NCBI GenBank assembly: GCA_964016885.1
Contig: OZ024740.1
Location: 55,242,001 to 55,306,000 of the forward strand
From: Eledone cirrhosa
Lineage: Eukaryota
Reading direction: 5' to 3'
DNA length: 64,000 nt
The notes under the pieces were generated by a model. That model was given only the letters and a program-made list of their open reading frames with translations. It made no database searches and was not told the origin of the DNA. Both the position numbers and the translations under genes were made by a program. This document shows, piece after piece, positions 17,365-30,866 of the stretch. Positions within the stretch are counted from its first letter, which is position 1. Each line of letters begins with the position of its first letter.

Positions 17365-17885
17365 GTAAGGTGTATTATTGGTTGTGTAAAACGGTCCAAT
17401 AAACTTTTGTTATGAATATTAAGTTCTCCACGCTTTTGGATATCTCCAATTCCATTTATGGGAACAGCTAGATGGTGTAAAACGGAGTATTTGTATGAAA
17501 ATAAAGATCCGAAGGCATGGTATACATTTCCAATCATTTTAATCACGACACATGTTTCAATAAGTGATAGATCGATCGTGCGGCCATGATCGATTATCAC
17601 TGATCTGGTCAGGTGAAAATGAATTGTCTTCAAATCCTTGATATGAGGGAGAAAATTTAACGATGTTCACTCACTACAGTTTTGTCCCCCATATGAAGAT
17701 TAACCTGCTTAAAACATCGTTAAATTTTCTCCCTCATATCAAGGATTTGAAGACAATTCATTTTCACCTGACGAGATCAGTGATAATCGATCATGGCTGC
17801 ACGATAGATCTATCTCTTATTGAAACATGTGTCGTGATTATATTGATTGGACATTTATACCATGCCTTCGGATCTTTATTTTTAA
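17365..17885. mobile_element. Fold-back element (arms 17498-17667 / 17713-17882)
   Basis: 170-bp inverted arms (the same peptide appears in the + and - ORF tracks); TA flanks. Confidence 0.85.
17764..17837 (+). ncRNA. Hammerhead ribozyme with extended stem II
   Basis: tcac-CTGACGA-[~47 nt hairpin]-GAAA-catgtg-TC-gtga; GUC triplet, palindromic acatgt in stem III. Confidence 0.7.
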
Positions 17886-18099
17886 TATATATGACTCCTG
17901 GGTGCTCTTTTCATTTGTAAATCAACAATTGCTGTGCATTTAAAGCGTATGAGATTTTGTTGAGAGGATCTAGCAGGGATTTCTCTCCGTTTCCTCTGTT
18001 TTTAAATTTATATTTAAACGCCTTCTTGAATTGGTAAAATAATGTTGGTAATCATGGTGAGACGTCTACAATATCGCCGGCGCTGTCACCAACACTACA

Positions 18100-18799
18100 A
18101 ACCACGACTAACTCAAAGTTATTTCCCTTCGCGTGTGTTAAAATACATATACAGTGCTTGTCACGTGGTATGGAGGTAATTTGTGTTCCTCCTCAACCAG
18201 ATCCAGCTGGAACTCGTTTCCGCTGTCTCTGATGTTGCCTTTGGCTTTGGTTCTTACCTTCGCAGAGACTGAAAATTCTTTCATGAGACTGCAGACAGAT
18301 TTGCCCACAAATACTCTGGCTCCAACCTCTATGGCGAGAACTTTGACTCGGAAGTCGACTTCCATCGGGCTGTTGGCCAAACTGGCGTATTTCTTTGTCT
18401 TGATTCGTGAGCTTCTTCTAATCTACTTTCAAATGACACTGTAAATTAAATCAAAATCAGTTGTTTTGATGAAATGGAAGGCAGTAGTATATCCGGCCTC
18501 AACTCACTCCGTCTGGTGATTTCAGGTTGTTTTGTTTGCGTTTGGGAGGTCTGCTGTTCACTTCTAGTCGTCAACACCACCCCAGAGACTCGATCTCTAT
18601 GCCTTGTATGGTATAGCTGTTCATGACCTTCATTTCCTGCCTCATGCCTCATAGAATGTTGTTCGAGATTCTGGTACTATGGGTACTTTTTCTGTACTTA
18701 ACACATGTACGATCTCCTTCACCACTTGAGCTATGAACATCTACTCTGGCAGAGTGGGCTCCCAGGCAGTAGTCCAATCTCATCAGCCGACCGCTAGAG

Positions 18800-18800
<1 letters not shown>
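18100..18800 (-). mobile_element. Decayed HERO/NeSL-like RLE non-LTR retrotransposon, 3' part
   Basis: Across frameshifts: PEI..SELRPDILL.S..SKQLILI*FTVSFE.RLEEAHE...KKYA and VLAIEVGAR.FVGKS. Confidence 0.7.
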
Positions 18801-19326
<526 letters not shown>

Positions 19327-20075
19327 ATATCTCTAGTGGAATGCAACCTACTGTAAGTAATCGGACAACTAGAATATTTGTCTGAGTATATTGCACCACC
19401 TTGATGCTTTGATACCGCATACGTGGAGAGTTGCTTGTTCCTTTTTTCCTCCTTGTTTCCCTTGCACCAGTCTCAGAGACCCATTGTCTTCAATCTTCAT
19501 GTAAACAAATACAATATATCCTGAAAATACAATGTTTCCAAGTTTCACCCAAGATATAATGCAGTTTGTTTATGATAGTGTTTCTCTACTTGATGCAATA
19601 ATAATAGGGGTAAAAGGGAGTAACAGATGCTGTTTCACAGATAATGGCGCAATTATTTCTCTGAAGTAGGTTCAATGATATTCAAATTTCAGAATGATGT
19701 AATAAAACAAACGGGAAAGATAATAGTAAATGTTGATAATTAACGTAAAGAAAAATAGTCCAAAAATCATATGAATCAAATGAATCAGTGTAAGTTTCAC
19801 TATAGAGAGATAACCTGGTGAATATTGAGGTATTTTGTAACCATTCATCATTGAATGAAGAGAGAACCCTGGGAATCGTTAGACGCATATGAAGTTCGTA
19901 ACTATACACAATGCATTCGAGCTGTGAAGCAACTGTGGTAGATGTTATATACTTGGAAAGAATAATATAGAAAGGCTAATTCAACATTGCAAACACGGTA
20001 AAGTTGGTCATTATGGAGGTATAGAATGATTTTATAAAAAATAGAAATAAATTGAAAAGAAGTATGTATATATAT

Positions 20076-20122
<47 letters not shown>

Positions 20123-21911
20123 AATGTGTACACTCATATTTATCCATCAATTTATGCATACTTACATACATATATATAGGTAGATAAATAGAAAAATAGA
20201 TAAAGTTAGGGAAATCGATAAAAAAAAATAATACTCGAAGGCGGAAACATAATTTAAGCAAATAGAAATAAGAGGAGGATAGGTAATTGAATACAAAACA
20301 AATCCTTCACAAGCAGTTCGTCAAGCGCATAGTGACAACAATAGGGCTTTGCTGAAAGAGGTTAAATTAAAAAAAGGGGAAGCGAATTCTTGTTGGGTTT
20401 TCACAAAAGCAAGCAGTTAGTACTAAACTGATTATAAGTAAAAATTGACAAAAAGATCAATAAGAGAATACGTACCGGAAATTTGGCAAAAGAGCCAGAG
20501 AACAAATTGTTCAACATTTTCTTATTGTTATTATTATTTTGTCATTTTTAGTCTTAGGTCAGTTTTCATCGAACTATGAAAACGCACACACACAAATATA
20601 TATATATATATTTCAGCCGAGATTATTCCATCCATTATTAAATGAAGATCCATGACTACATTTTTAAATGTAGGTTACTCTCTGGTGTTATTGGTAACGT
20701 ACGAAGCCAAAGTTTAGTAAAGACCAACTGCTTGTGTTTACCTGCCTCGGGCAATACATATAAAGCTTATGCAGTACACATGTAGGTTCTAACTCAATCA
20801 TTAAGATGAATGTGTATTAGTGTTCTTTTAAAACAATAGTGTATGGTTTGAGGGTATTTGACTGCTATCTCTAGTAAGTGAAGCCACCACGTAGATGCTC
20901 CCTCGTTGATTCGTTAATCAGTAAGCTTATGAATGCTGTAAAACGTCACAAAGAGAAAACAAGTTGTAAGAACATGAGAATTTGCAGTAGGAAGCTGGAT
21001 GTCAAAGAAGGTGAAAATTCGCACCAATGAATGTTGCCGGAAGCTGGTTAAAATGTCACATAAAGAATGCAAAACAAGATATAACAAAATGGTAATTTAC
21101 AGTCGGAACATTTTAGAAAGTTTGATGTCAAAGAGGGTGAAACTTCGCACCAATAAAATTCGATGGAAGCTGTTATTATACATATAAAAATAAGTGATAC
21201 TAATATAACCTTATGTGATTTCATATTGTAAAGTAGTAAAAGTTTAATGGCGACTAGATATATGAATTAAAGGGAAAAATAAACGGAATATTTAACATAT
21301 GTGAACTTTCTGGTAGGTGATGGTAGAAACCATACCAATAAAACGAAAAAAAAAATGAAATAGTTGTGAATTTGACCAAAGAGCTCAGAAAACTATAAGA
21401 GAAAATTGTATATAGGAACGCCTATGATAAAATCCATTGACATAAATATGAACATGACAGTATTTTTGTCATTCTTTTCATTTTATTCTTCTACAAGAAG
21501 CGATTGTCACATTATTGAAAGTTAAGGGCTGCCCCACTTGATATCATATTTTATGATGATCATAAAAAATTCCCACAACAATAAAAACTAATCAGAGGTC
21601 TGAGTGTTATCATAGTAATACTAGTTTCATGGATTTTACATGTCATCAGTAATCCACGCAGTTAAAAAGCAATATATAATAGGCATATGAAATACAAACA
21701 ACGAAAATATATTCTGATTATTCATTTTACTGGTTTCAGTAATTTGATAGCTTCAAGTTTTCTCCATGCTCCCTAATTTTTTACCATATCTCTATCAGTT
21801 ACTTACCCCTATTTACATGTGTAATTTACAGCTGTCTACTAATTAGATACAGACACAATGACGCCTCTCTTCCACAATCTCATTCCCCCCTCTCCCTTTC
21901 TCTCTCTCTAA

Positions 21912-21937
<26 letters not shown>

Positions 21938-21945
<8 letters not shown>

Positions 21946-22125
21946 TGAGATTCTACAGGACTAGAACTGTTTCATTCTTTAGAAATCATCAGGAATCAGA
22001 TGATTTCTAAAGAATGAAACAGTTCTAGTCCTGTAGAATCTCATCTATATTAAAACTTTTATACTCTGCTATGTATTGAGTAACTTACTTACTGTGGTTA
22101 CCTCCGATTCAACCCGGAATAACTT
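21938..22125. mobile_element. Fold-back element (arms 21938-~21992 / ~21999-22051) plus 75-nt tail, in (TA)n
   Basis: Near-perfect palindrome; family members at 22150, 38181 and 54899. Confidence 0.85.
21949..21997 (-). ncRNA. Minimal hammerhead ribozyme
   Basis: Minus strand gattc-CTGATGA-tttctaaagaat-GAAA-cag(ttctagtc)ctg-TA-gaatc; stem II has a U-U at its base. Confidence 0.7.
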
Positions 22126-22149
22126 ACTATATATATATATATAAGATAA

Positions 22150-22312
22150 GTATATCCCGGTTTCAATAGGGGTAACCACAGCAAATTTAATATAGAAAAA
22201 GATATTCTACAGGGCTAGAACTGTTTCATTCGTGAGAAACCATCAGGAAGCTTCCTGATGATTTCTCCCGAATAAAACAGTTCTAGTCCTGTAGAAGCCT
22301 TTTCTATATTAT
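22150..22312. mobile_element. Fold-back element, 21938 family (apex aagctt 22248-22253)
   Basis: gcttc-CTGATGA...aaaa-cag..ctg-TA-gaagc; each arm has one core mutation. Confidence 0.8.
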
Positions 22313-22500
22313 ATATATATATATATATATATTGTGTTAATTGTTGATTAACAAGTAGTTGCTGCACTTCAATAAATAAGCAAAAGTTTTAGAAAGGATC
22401 AAGCACTCAACATTAATGCATCCTCCTAATCGTGATGTGGGATCATGACGGCAAATTACGTAATAACGCTAATCATAAAAACAAGCCTCTGTAGTTGTTA

Positions 22501-22619
<119 letters not shown>

Positions 22620-22851
22620 CTCAAAACAATTAGAAAATGAGATAACCTTCGAGTTGCAGGCCTAAACATTCCTTTGTTTTAAAGAAAACAGTATTTTCCT
22701 ATGGGTTCTAATGTCTGGGATGTCCATTCGCTCTCTCACCTAGACCATCGGACGGAGTGTTATAAAAAAATCTACAATGAGTGCAAAGCGTGTAATATAT
22801 TTGTTTGAACTGTTGCCAATTCAAAAAAGAAATCACCATACACACACAGAC

Positions 22852-22961
<110 letters not shown>

Positions 22962-23290
22962 ACACGTTTTCTATAGAAATGCAGTATATTTTTCTGTCTT
23001 TCTTTAGTACTGATTCTCTGAATCTTTCGTTAATTCTCACATTCAGGTGAAGAATAAAAGGTTAATATGTGTATTGTGGTGTCGAATAATGCAGTTTCCT
23101 ATTAGTTACGTGTCTATGTACTAAACAATAAAGACATTTAGAAAAATTCAAGTATTCCAATTTGCTATTCTTTCCGAATAATGCTGAGAGCCAGTATAAG
23201 GGAAGTTGACAAGAAATTGGGCGAATGTGAGCAGAGGGCTGATTTCTGATTTAACAGCAATGTTGTCACGATATATTTATTGTATATATG

Positions 23291-23414
<124 letters not shown>

Positions 23415-23825
23415 TATATGTATATATGTGTATATATATATATATTAAATTAGGTGTTATATATATATATTATATTAGGTGTTATAACATACTTACACAG
23501 ATGAACATACGTGCACACATCCCCACCCCCACATAATCTATGTGTTTGTATGTGTGTGTATGTATGTGTGTGTATGTGTGTGTATGTGTGTGTCCGTGTG
23601 TGTGTCAACAGAATATTACCTATTCAAATTATTCAAATTATTCAAATATGACGCTACTCGGAGTATCGCTTTTCCGTTCCTCGGGCAACACAGCTATTAT
23701 AATAACACACACATACCTACCTACCTATCTACCAAACTACATACATATAAACATGCATACATACATACACACACACATTCACACAAACACACACACAAAC
23801 ACACACACACACACATATACATATA

Positions 23826-23878
<53 letters not shown>

Positions 23879-23981
23879 ATAAACACACTCTCACGATTAA
23901 TGAAGACAATTTTATAATCATTTCAAGGCTAGTGATTAAGATATGCCCATATAATCAAATATAACAACAACAACAATATCA

Positions 23982-24017
<36 letters not shown>

Positions 24018-24517
24018 GAATGATACTGTAAAACTTAGTAATTTGTAAAGAAGACCACAGTCCAGCATAGCTAAGAACTTGCTTCTGTGATGTTCATACA
24101 ATTGAAATAGTTTTATACAGAACTAAAACTACACCTCCAATTATATAAACACCATTGGTAATGCAACCTTTTTAAACGAGATAAAAGTGTAGTTTTATGT
24201 ATTTATGTGATACATCATTCATATATTTTAACGTTGTGTAAATTTGGAAAATATAACAGGTAGTAAAATTTCAAGACAGAATAATCTCTATCAGGGCGGA
24301 GTATTAATAGATTAATAACTCATAAATTATTACATCGTATCAAGAGAATTATTAGTAAAAAATACAAAAACTAGATGAAAGTTTATTGCTCCAAAAAATC
24401 TGAATTAAAAGTGACTTCGCGACACACATATACACACACACATCTTCACTTTACTTACATATATACAAATATTCAGACATAGATACATACTTGCAAAATA
24501 CAGACACACATGCATAC

Positions 24518-24580
<63 letters not shown>

Positions 24581-24676
24581 TTCCGAATGGAAAGCGACCA
24601 AGATACACAAAACAATCTTGCACAGAGGAATTCAATTGTTATATACATATGTATATATATATATATATATATATAT

Positions 24677-24722
<46 letters not shown>

Positions 24723-25076
24723 GTGTGTGTATATATATATATATATACAATAATTTTTATGGCAATCACACCGATTGATATAGTTTTTTATGTTCTATAA
24801 ACTATTTGACATTTTTTGTTCCTGTTGTGTTTGTTGTTGTTATTATCATTGTTGTTTCCGTATAGTGTGTGATTTGAGTAGGTTTTTTAGATGGTGGGGT
24901 GGATGATAAAAAGTATAGGTGGTTTAGTGGGAGAGGAGACGATAATAAACAATATAAACAATATTTTAAAACTAAATTAAACAGGCAATTTCCTAACTAA
25001 ATTACACAAGAGATAGCCAGTGTCTGTTTTGTTTTCTAAAATTTTCATTTTGTTTTTATTATATTTCCTTGTATAT

Positions 25077-25107
<31 letters not shown>

Positions 25108-25446
25108 TTTGTTTATTTATTTATTTCAATACTCGTGTAAAGTGAGTTGAAAATCTGTAAGGAAACAACAAACTGTAGCTACAAGCTATATTATGGAGAA
25201 AGAATATATAGCACTCATACACACTCACCCTCATTCACTTTCCCTCTCTCACTCAAACTTCATTGACTCTCTCACTCATATATTCACTTGCACATACTCT
25301 CTTCTTCTTCTCAATAGCTCGAAGCGTTGTTGGCAAGCAACAACATGCCCAGCAGTCAAATTGCTGCTAGCAGCAGCTCCTCCCATATAAAAGCTATACA
25401 ACCAACCATCGTGCGTAATGTACACAAACATATGCAGTAACACACA

Positions 25447-25538
<92 letters not shown>

Positions 25539-26580
25539 TGTACATATATACACACATATGCATACATATAAACGAATGTATATATACGATAAGTTGAAAG
25601 GTGTTGTTTAATTGGCTCTCATTGTTTTGCCTGAAATTTGTACCGGTTGGTGTTGGTCATCGAAGACGCCATAACCTGGATAGCCAGGTTAGACTACAAG
25701 TAGTAGTTTGATCTACTTTTCAAGATTGATCTGGTCTCTGATAATCTGAGTTAAAATCTCGCTTTGGTAAACAATGCTTCTCATTCTTCCATGTTCTACA
25801 AATAAAATATTGGGTTTGATATTTCTTCTTTTTTTTCTCCCACTCTCATTTACTCTCTCAAAAGTCTACATTGCGCTGCGGGATCGGTCATCTATGGCCA
25901 CTTATGTGTGGAATGGAGAAGACGCTAGCGAGGATCTTGCAAATTCTTCTAGTAGAAAAATACCGATATTCTACTGGAAAGTTCCGAGAACGGACCAATG
26001 TGCATTTAAAACTGGAACCATATCGAATCTAGACTAGGTCGATTTATATCCCACTAGCACGTCGAGTGATTATGTATAATCACTCTCGTTGAATTGCTGA
26101 AACATCTGATCAAAGATTTCCCAGCTCTAAATACACCTAAAAGATTTCTTACGTTGACTCAAGTAAAGATTATATTCTTAGATACTACATAGCTGTTGAT
26201 TTTTTTCTCCCTCATGTCTTAACTGAGGTAGCAGACATATGACCAAAGGCATTTGCTTTCCAAGCATGAATTTCACATCTTGTGCATGTAATGATATACA
26301 TTTAATATGAACAAAAAGACATAATGTTCATAGCTGAAAATTGGAAGGAAATCAAGCGAACAACAACATAGTAACTCGTCTATTAGTTGGTTAAAAGACA
26401 GTTGTAGATTACGTCCATAGCAGAATTCTTTTGTATATGTATATATATATATTATTAGAAATGTAAGCTATCGCCGTATTTTGACTAAAGAAATTAAAGA
26501 AATTATTTAGCCTGATAGTAGGGTTAAGAACCCTCAGAGAAATGGAAAAAGATGTCTTACATATATATATATATATATAT

Positions 26581-27910
26581 ATATTAGAAAGATCGAGTAT
26601 CGAAAAATCGGCGCACGAGTTCACGAAAAACGAAATTCGATATGAGCGGCAGAGGGCTCAATAATTCAGATGAATCAGAGCTATAACTATCGTTAAAATA
26701 CCGTCACATATAGAACAAGTCTACAATCAACCATACGATTTAAAATCGATAAAGGAAGATTCGGGCCAAACAGATAAAAAATATCAATAAAACAATACGT
26801 CAATAATTTAAATGAATGTAAAATCATACCCGGACCCACTAGAAAGGTGTTAAATCTAGCTTCATGGGTTTCTGTAAATCCTTAGACAGTACTCTATCAG
26901 CTCACATATAAATATAAAAGCCTACTAGAATAAGTGGAACGGAGTTTACGTTGTCAACGAGTTTTATCCTGGCGGCAAAGGAGTCAACTAGCGGTGAAAA
27001 ACGCACATGGCATTAGACAAGGGAGATGACCCCTATATCCGCGAAAACAATTCGAGTGAATGTGGAAATACACATATCGAATTAGAGTGCTCAATAGACA
27101 TGTTAAAATAAAACAAAAGCTATTCATCACTCAATAGAATCGACAAAAAATGAGCAATAAAATTAACTGGTGGATAGCTATGTCCAGAGCTAAATATATT
27201 AGAAAGATCGAGTATCGAAAAATCGGCGCACGAGTTCACGAAAAACGAAATTCGATATGAGCGGCAGAGGGCTCAATAATTCAGATGAATCAGAGCTATA
27301 ACTATCGTTAAAATACCGTCACATATAGAACAAGTCTACAATCAACCATACGATTTAAAATCGATAAAGGAAGATTCGGGCCAAACAGATAAAAAATATC
27401 AATAAAACAATACGTCAATAATTTAAATGAATGTAAAATCATACCCGGACCCACTAGAAAGGTGTTAAATCTAGCTTCATGGGTTTCTGTAAATCCTTAG
27501 ACAGTACTCTATCAGCTCACATATAAATATAAAAGCCTACTAGAATAAGTGGAACGGAGTTTACGTTGTCAACGAGTTTTATCCTGGCGGCAAAGGAGTC
27601 AACTAGCGGTGAAAAACGCACATGGCATTAGACAAGGGAGATGACCCCTATATCCGCGAAAACAATTCGAGTGAATGTGGAAATACACATATCGAATTAG
27701 AGTGCTCAATAGACATGTTAAAATAAAACAAAAGCTATTCATCACTCAATAGAATCGACAAAAAATGAGCAATAAAATTAACTGGTGGATAGCTATGTCC
27801 AGAGCTAAATATATTAGAAAGATCGAGTATCGAAAAATCGGCGCACGAGTTCACGAAAAACGAAATTCGATATGAGCGGCAGAGGGCTCAATAATTCAGA
27901 TGAATCAGAG

Positions 27911-27914
<4 letters not shown>
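26581..27914. repeat. Apparently perfect direct tandem repeat, 615-bp unit x ~2.16, embedded in (TA)n
   Basis: agaaagatcgagtatcg recurs at 26586, 27201 and 27816; no mismatches seen by eye. Confidence 0.95.
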
Positions 27915-27967
<53 letters not shown>

Positions 27968-27988
27968 CATATATATACATATATATAT

Positions 27989-28060
<72 letters not shown>

Positions 28061-28161
28061 TAATATATATATATACTTATAATCAAGACGACTGGGGCTA
28101 TTTTCATTCATTCAAAAATTATTGAATGCATTTATTGCCTAAGGCAATCAAGAAGTAGTGC

Positions 28162-28206
<45 letters not shown>

Positions 28207-28210
28207 CATA

Positions 28211-28423
28211 TAGGAACGAGTAGGACCCCGACGGCTGAGCTCAAGCCGTTTCGACGGCTAATTCTGGACTAAAAAAATTTTTTTTTAGTCCAGAATTAGC
28301 CGTCGAAACGGCTTGAGCTCAGCCGTCGGGGTCCTACTCGTTCCTATTACCCACTCTACTACCCTAAATATTGAGTATTTTGGTGCGTTATAGTCCATCT
28401 GGTTCCTTACCACATTTCCTTCG

Positions 28424-28428
<5 letters not shown>
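28211..28428. mobile_element. Fold-back element (arms 28211-~28277 / ~28278-28346) plus tail; 3' half of a hammerhead
   Basis: GAAA-cggct(tgagctc)agccg-TC-ggggtc; the CUGANGA half is absent. Confidence 0.85.
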
Positions 28429-28457
<29 letters not shown>

Positions 28458-28459
<2 letters not shown>

Positions 28460-28825
28460 AAGGCGGGTAAAATTCCCGAGATCCATGGCCGAGTTCTCTC
28501 CAGCGGTCTCTGTCCCTCATTATCGCTGCTATGTCCTGCGTCTCCAACAGACCAGTGTCCGTCCTTAGGGCATCAACATACGTTAACCTTGGTCTTCCTC
28601 TTCTAGTGTGTCCATGTAGGGGCTTGAGATCGGTGTGGAAGTCGGACCTTCGTAAAGACCTGAAAATCCGCCTCTTCGTTGCTGTAGTGGAGTCTGTGCT
28701 GCTGTATGGGTCTGAGACTTGGACACTGACCAAGAAACTCATTCAGATAGTGGATGGGTGCTACACGAGAATGCTGAGGATGGCTCTGAACATTAATCAG
28801 TATACACTGAGGATGAAAACTCAGA
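28458..28825. mobile_element. RTE-clade LINE fragment with 5' inversion, inside (TA)n
   Basis: Minus 28458-~28626: PLHG..RRGRPRLTYVD.L..DTG...MRDRDRWR*. Plus 28625-28825: WKS.L...LKIRLF.A.VESVLLYGSETWTLTK...DGCYTRMLRMALNI. Confidence 0.85.
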
Positions 28826-28826
28826 G

Positions 28827-28880
<54 letters not shown>

Positions 28881-28881
28881 C

Positions 28882-28914
<33 letters not shown>

Positions 28915-29215
28915 TATAGAGTAAAGCATGTCCAGAGAATTATTTGATAATATATATACATCATCTCTACTCGCAATCAGCATACTTAACCACACAAAAA
29001 TCAATTAGACCAGGCTATAAGAATAAAAGGTATCTATGAAGAAACAGTAAATAAATACGCCAATGCGGCGTCTTCGCGTGCACCCGCTATAGAATATTTA
29101 CCCAACATTTCAACAGCATGTTGAAATTAATTCAATATACGGTCATCAACCATACATAATTAGGTAAAAATTAATGTTAGAAATGCTTATATACATACCA
29201 GGATTAAATCACTAA

Positions 29216-29263
29216 ATCCCGACCCAAGGGTTTCGCTCACTTTTGCGATACCTCATTAAGGAT
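29216..29263 (-). ncRNA. Degenerate hammerhead motif at the end of a ~340-bp insert in (TA)n
   Basis: Minus strand atcc-TTAATGA-stem II-GAAA-ccc(tt)ggg-TC-gggat; the core is mutated. Confidence 0.5.
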
Positions 29264-29270
29264 AATATAT

Positions 29271-29329
<59 letters not shown>

Positions 29330-29333
<4 letters not shown>

Positions 29334-29517
29334 AAAAAGTATGACCCCGACGGCAGAGCTCAAGCCGTTTCGACGGCTATTTCTGGAAATAGCCGTCGAA
29401 ACGGCTTGAGCTCTGCCGTCGGGATCATACTTTTTCCTATTTCCCACTCTACTACCCTAAGTATTGAGTACTCTGGTGCGCTATGGTCCATCTGGTTCCT
29501 GACCACAATTCCTTTGT

Positions 29518-29520
<3 letters not shown>
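29330..29520. mobile_element. Fold-back element, 28211 family
   Basis: Palindrome centred near ttctggaa (~29385) plus the shared tail. Confidence 0.85.
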
Positions 29521-29559
<39 letters not shown>

Positions 29560-29982
29560 AATGTTATTTACCAGCCTATATGCGACTATGTCATAAATGG
29601 AATAGTTCTACTGATGCTGAGTGCTTAATCCTGCTTACAAGAATTAATTAAATAAGGTGATGCAAACAACACACTTCTAATTAATTAATGATTAACATAT
29701 ACCTATGTATATGTGTGTGCATGTGAGTGTGTATGCATGTGTATGTGAGTGTGTGTTTGCGTGTGTGCTAACTTAAACTTCTTCAGTGCATTTTTTTTTT
29801 ACCACGAAAAATAATCTAAAATGTTTTGTATATTAATCCAATGTTATTCCTAACCTGTTATTATAGTCAAACACTACGTTGAATCTATTTTTACGCAGCA
29901 TATATATATATATATATATATATATGCTGAAACTGGCTTTCTTAACCACGAACTGGATCACAAAAAGCAATTTTCTGCTTCC

Positions 29983-30056
<74 letters not shown>

Positions 30057-30122
30057 CATACACATATATATATATATGCATGTGAGTAAAGAGAGAGATA
30101 GAGAGAGAGGGAGGGAGAGAGA

Positions 30123-30202
<80 letters not shown>

Positions 30203-30635
30203 ACCTTCAGAGGACAAGATATTTGTGCAGTAGAGTGTAAATATAAAATGCTGGAATGTATGTGCCGGGTTATAAGAATGAATGGGCTTATAAGACGCAC
30301 CTCAATTTGGGCAAGTATTTAAAAAAAAAAAAATTAACGACTAATGTCAGATGAAGTGTATAATGTTTGTATATCCTTCTTTTTAATTATCAAACCACAT
30401 CGTAATTCTAGTTGTAATCTTTAGTGTATTTTTAAAATATAAGGAAAATGGAATATTTAATCTAAGAGCCACTGCGCATGAAAACGCCACTGCCAGTAAC
30501 CCATACAGACCCTTGTCCTTATGTGTGATTTTCTGGGCCTTTTTTAGAAAAACAATGTGTATCTTATAACTCGTTTCAAATACGATATATATATATATAA
30601 TTTTATTTTTTCTTTCGCTCTACATGGCTGAATAC

Positions 30636-30866
30636 AATAAATGTAATCTGAGTTTTTCGAATATTAATAATAATATTCGATTTGTTTGCAATTATGCAAA
30701 CAACCCTCATTTTTAAAGCCATGTCAGTAGAATGAACCCTTCATTCTTGCTGCCAACACAAGAGCAAGAATGAAGGGTTCATTCTACTGATATGGCTTTT
30801 AAAATGAGGCCTGTTTGCATAATTGCAAACGAATGTTACTAATATTCGAAAAACTCAGATTACATT

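Noticed and set aside
26855-26905. Minus-strand ctgataga...gaaa inside the 615-bp unit as a hammerhead
   Set aside because: The core has an extra base and stems I and III do not pair convincingly.
30260-30590. Possible pogo/Tigger-like MITE (tataagacgcacc ... cttata...aaatacg)
   Set aside because: Terminal inverted repeats could not be defined with confidence.
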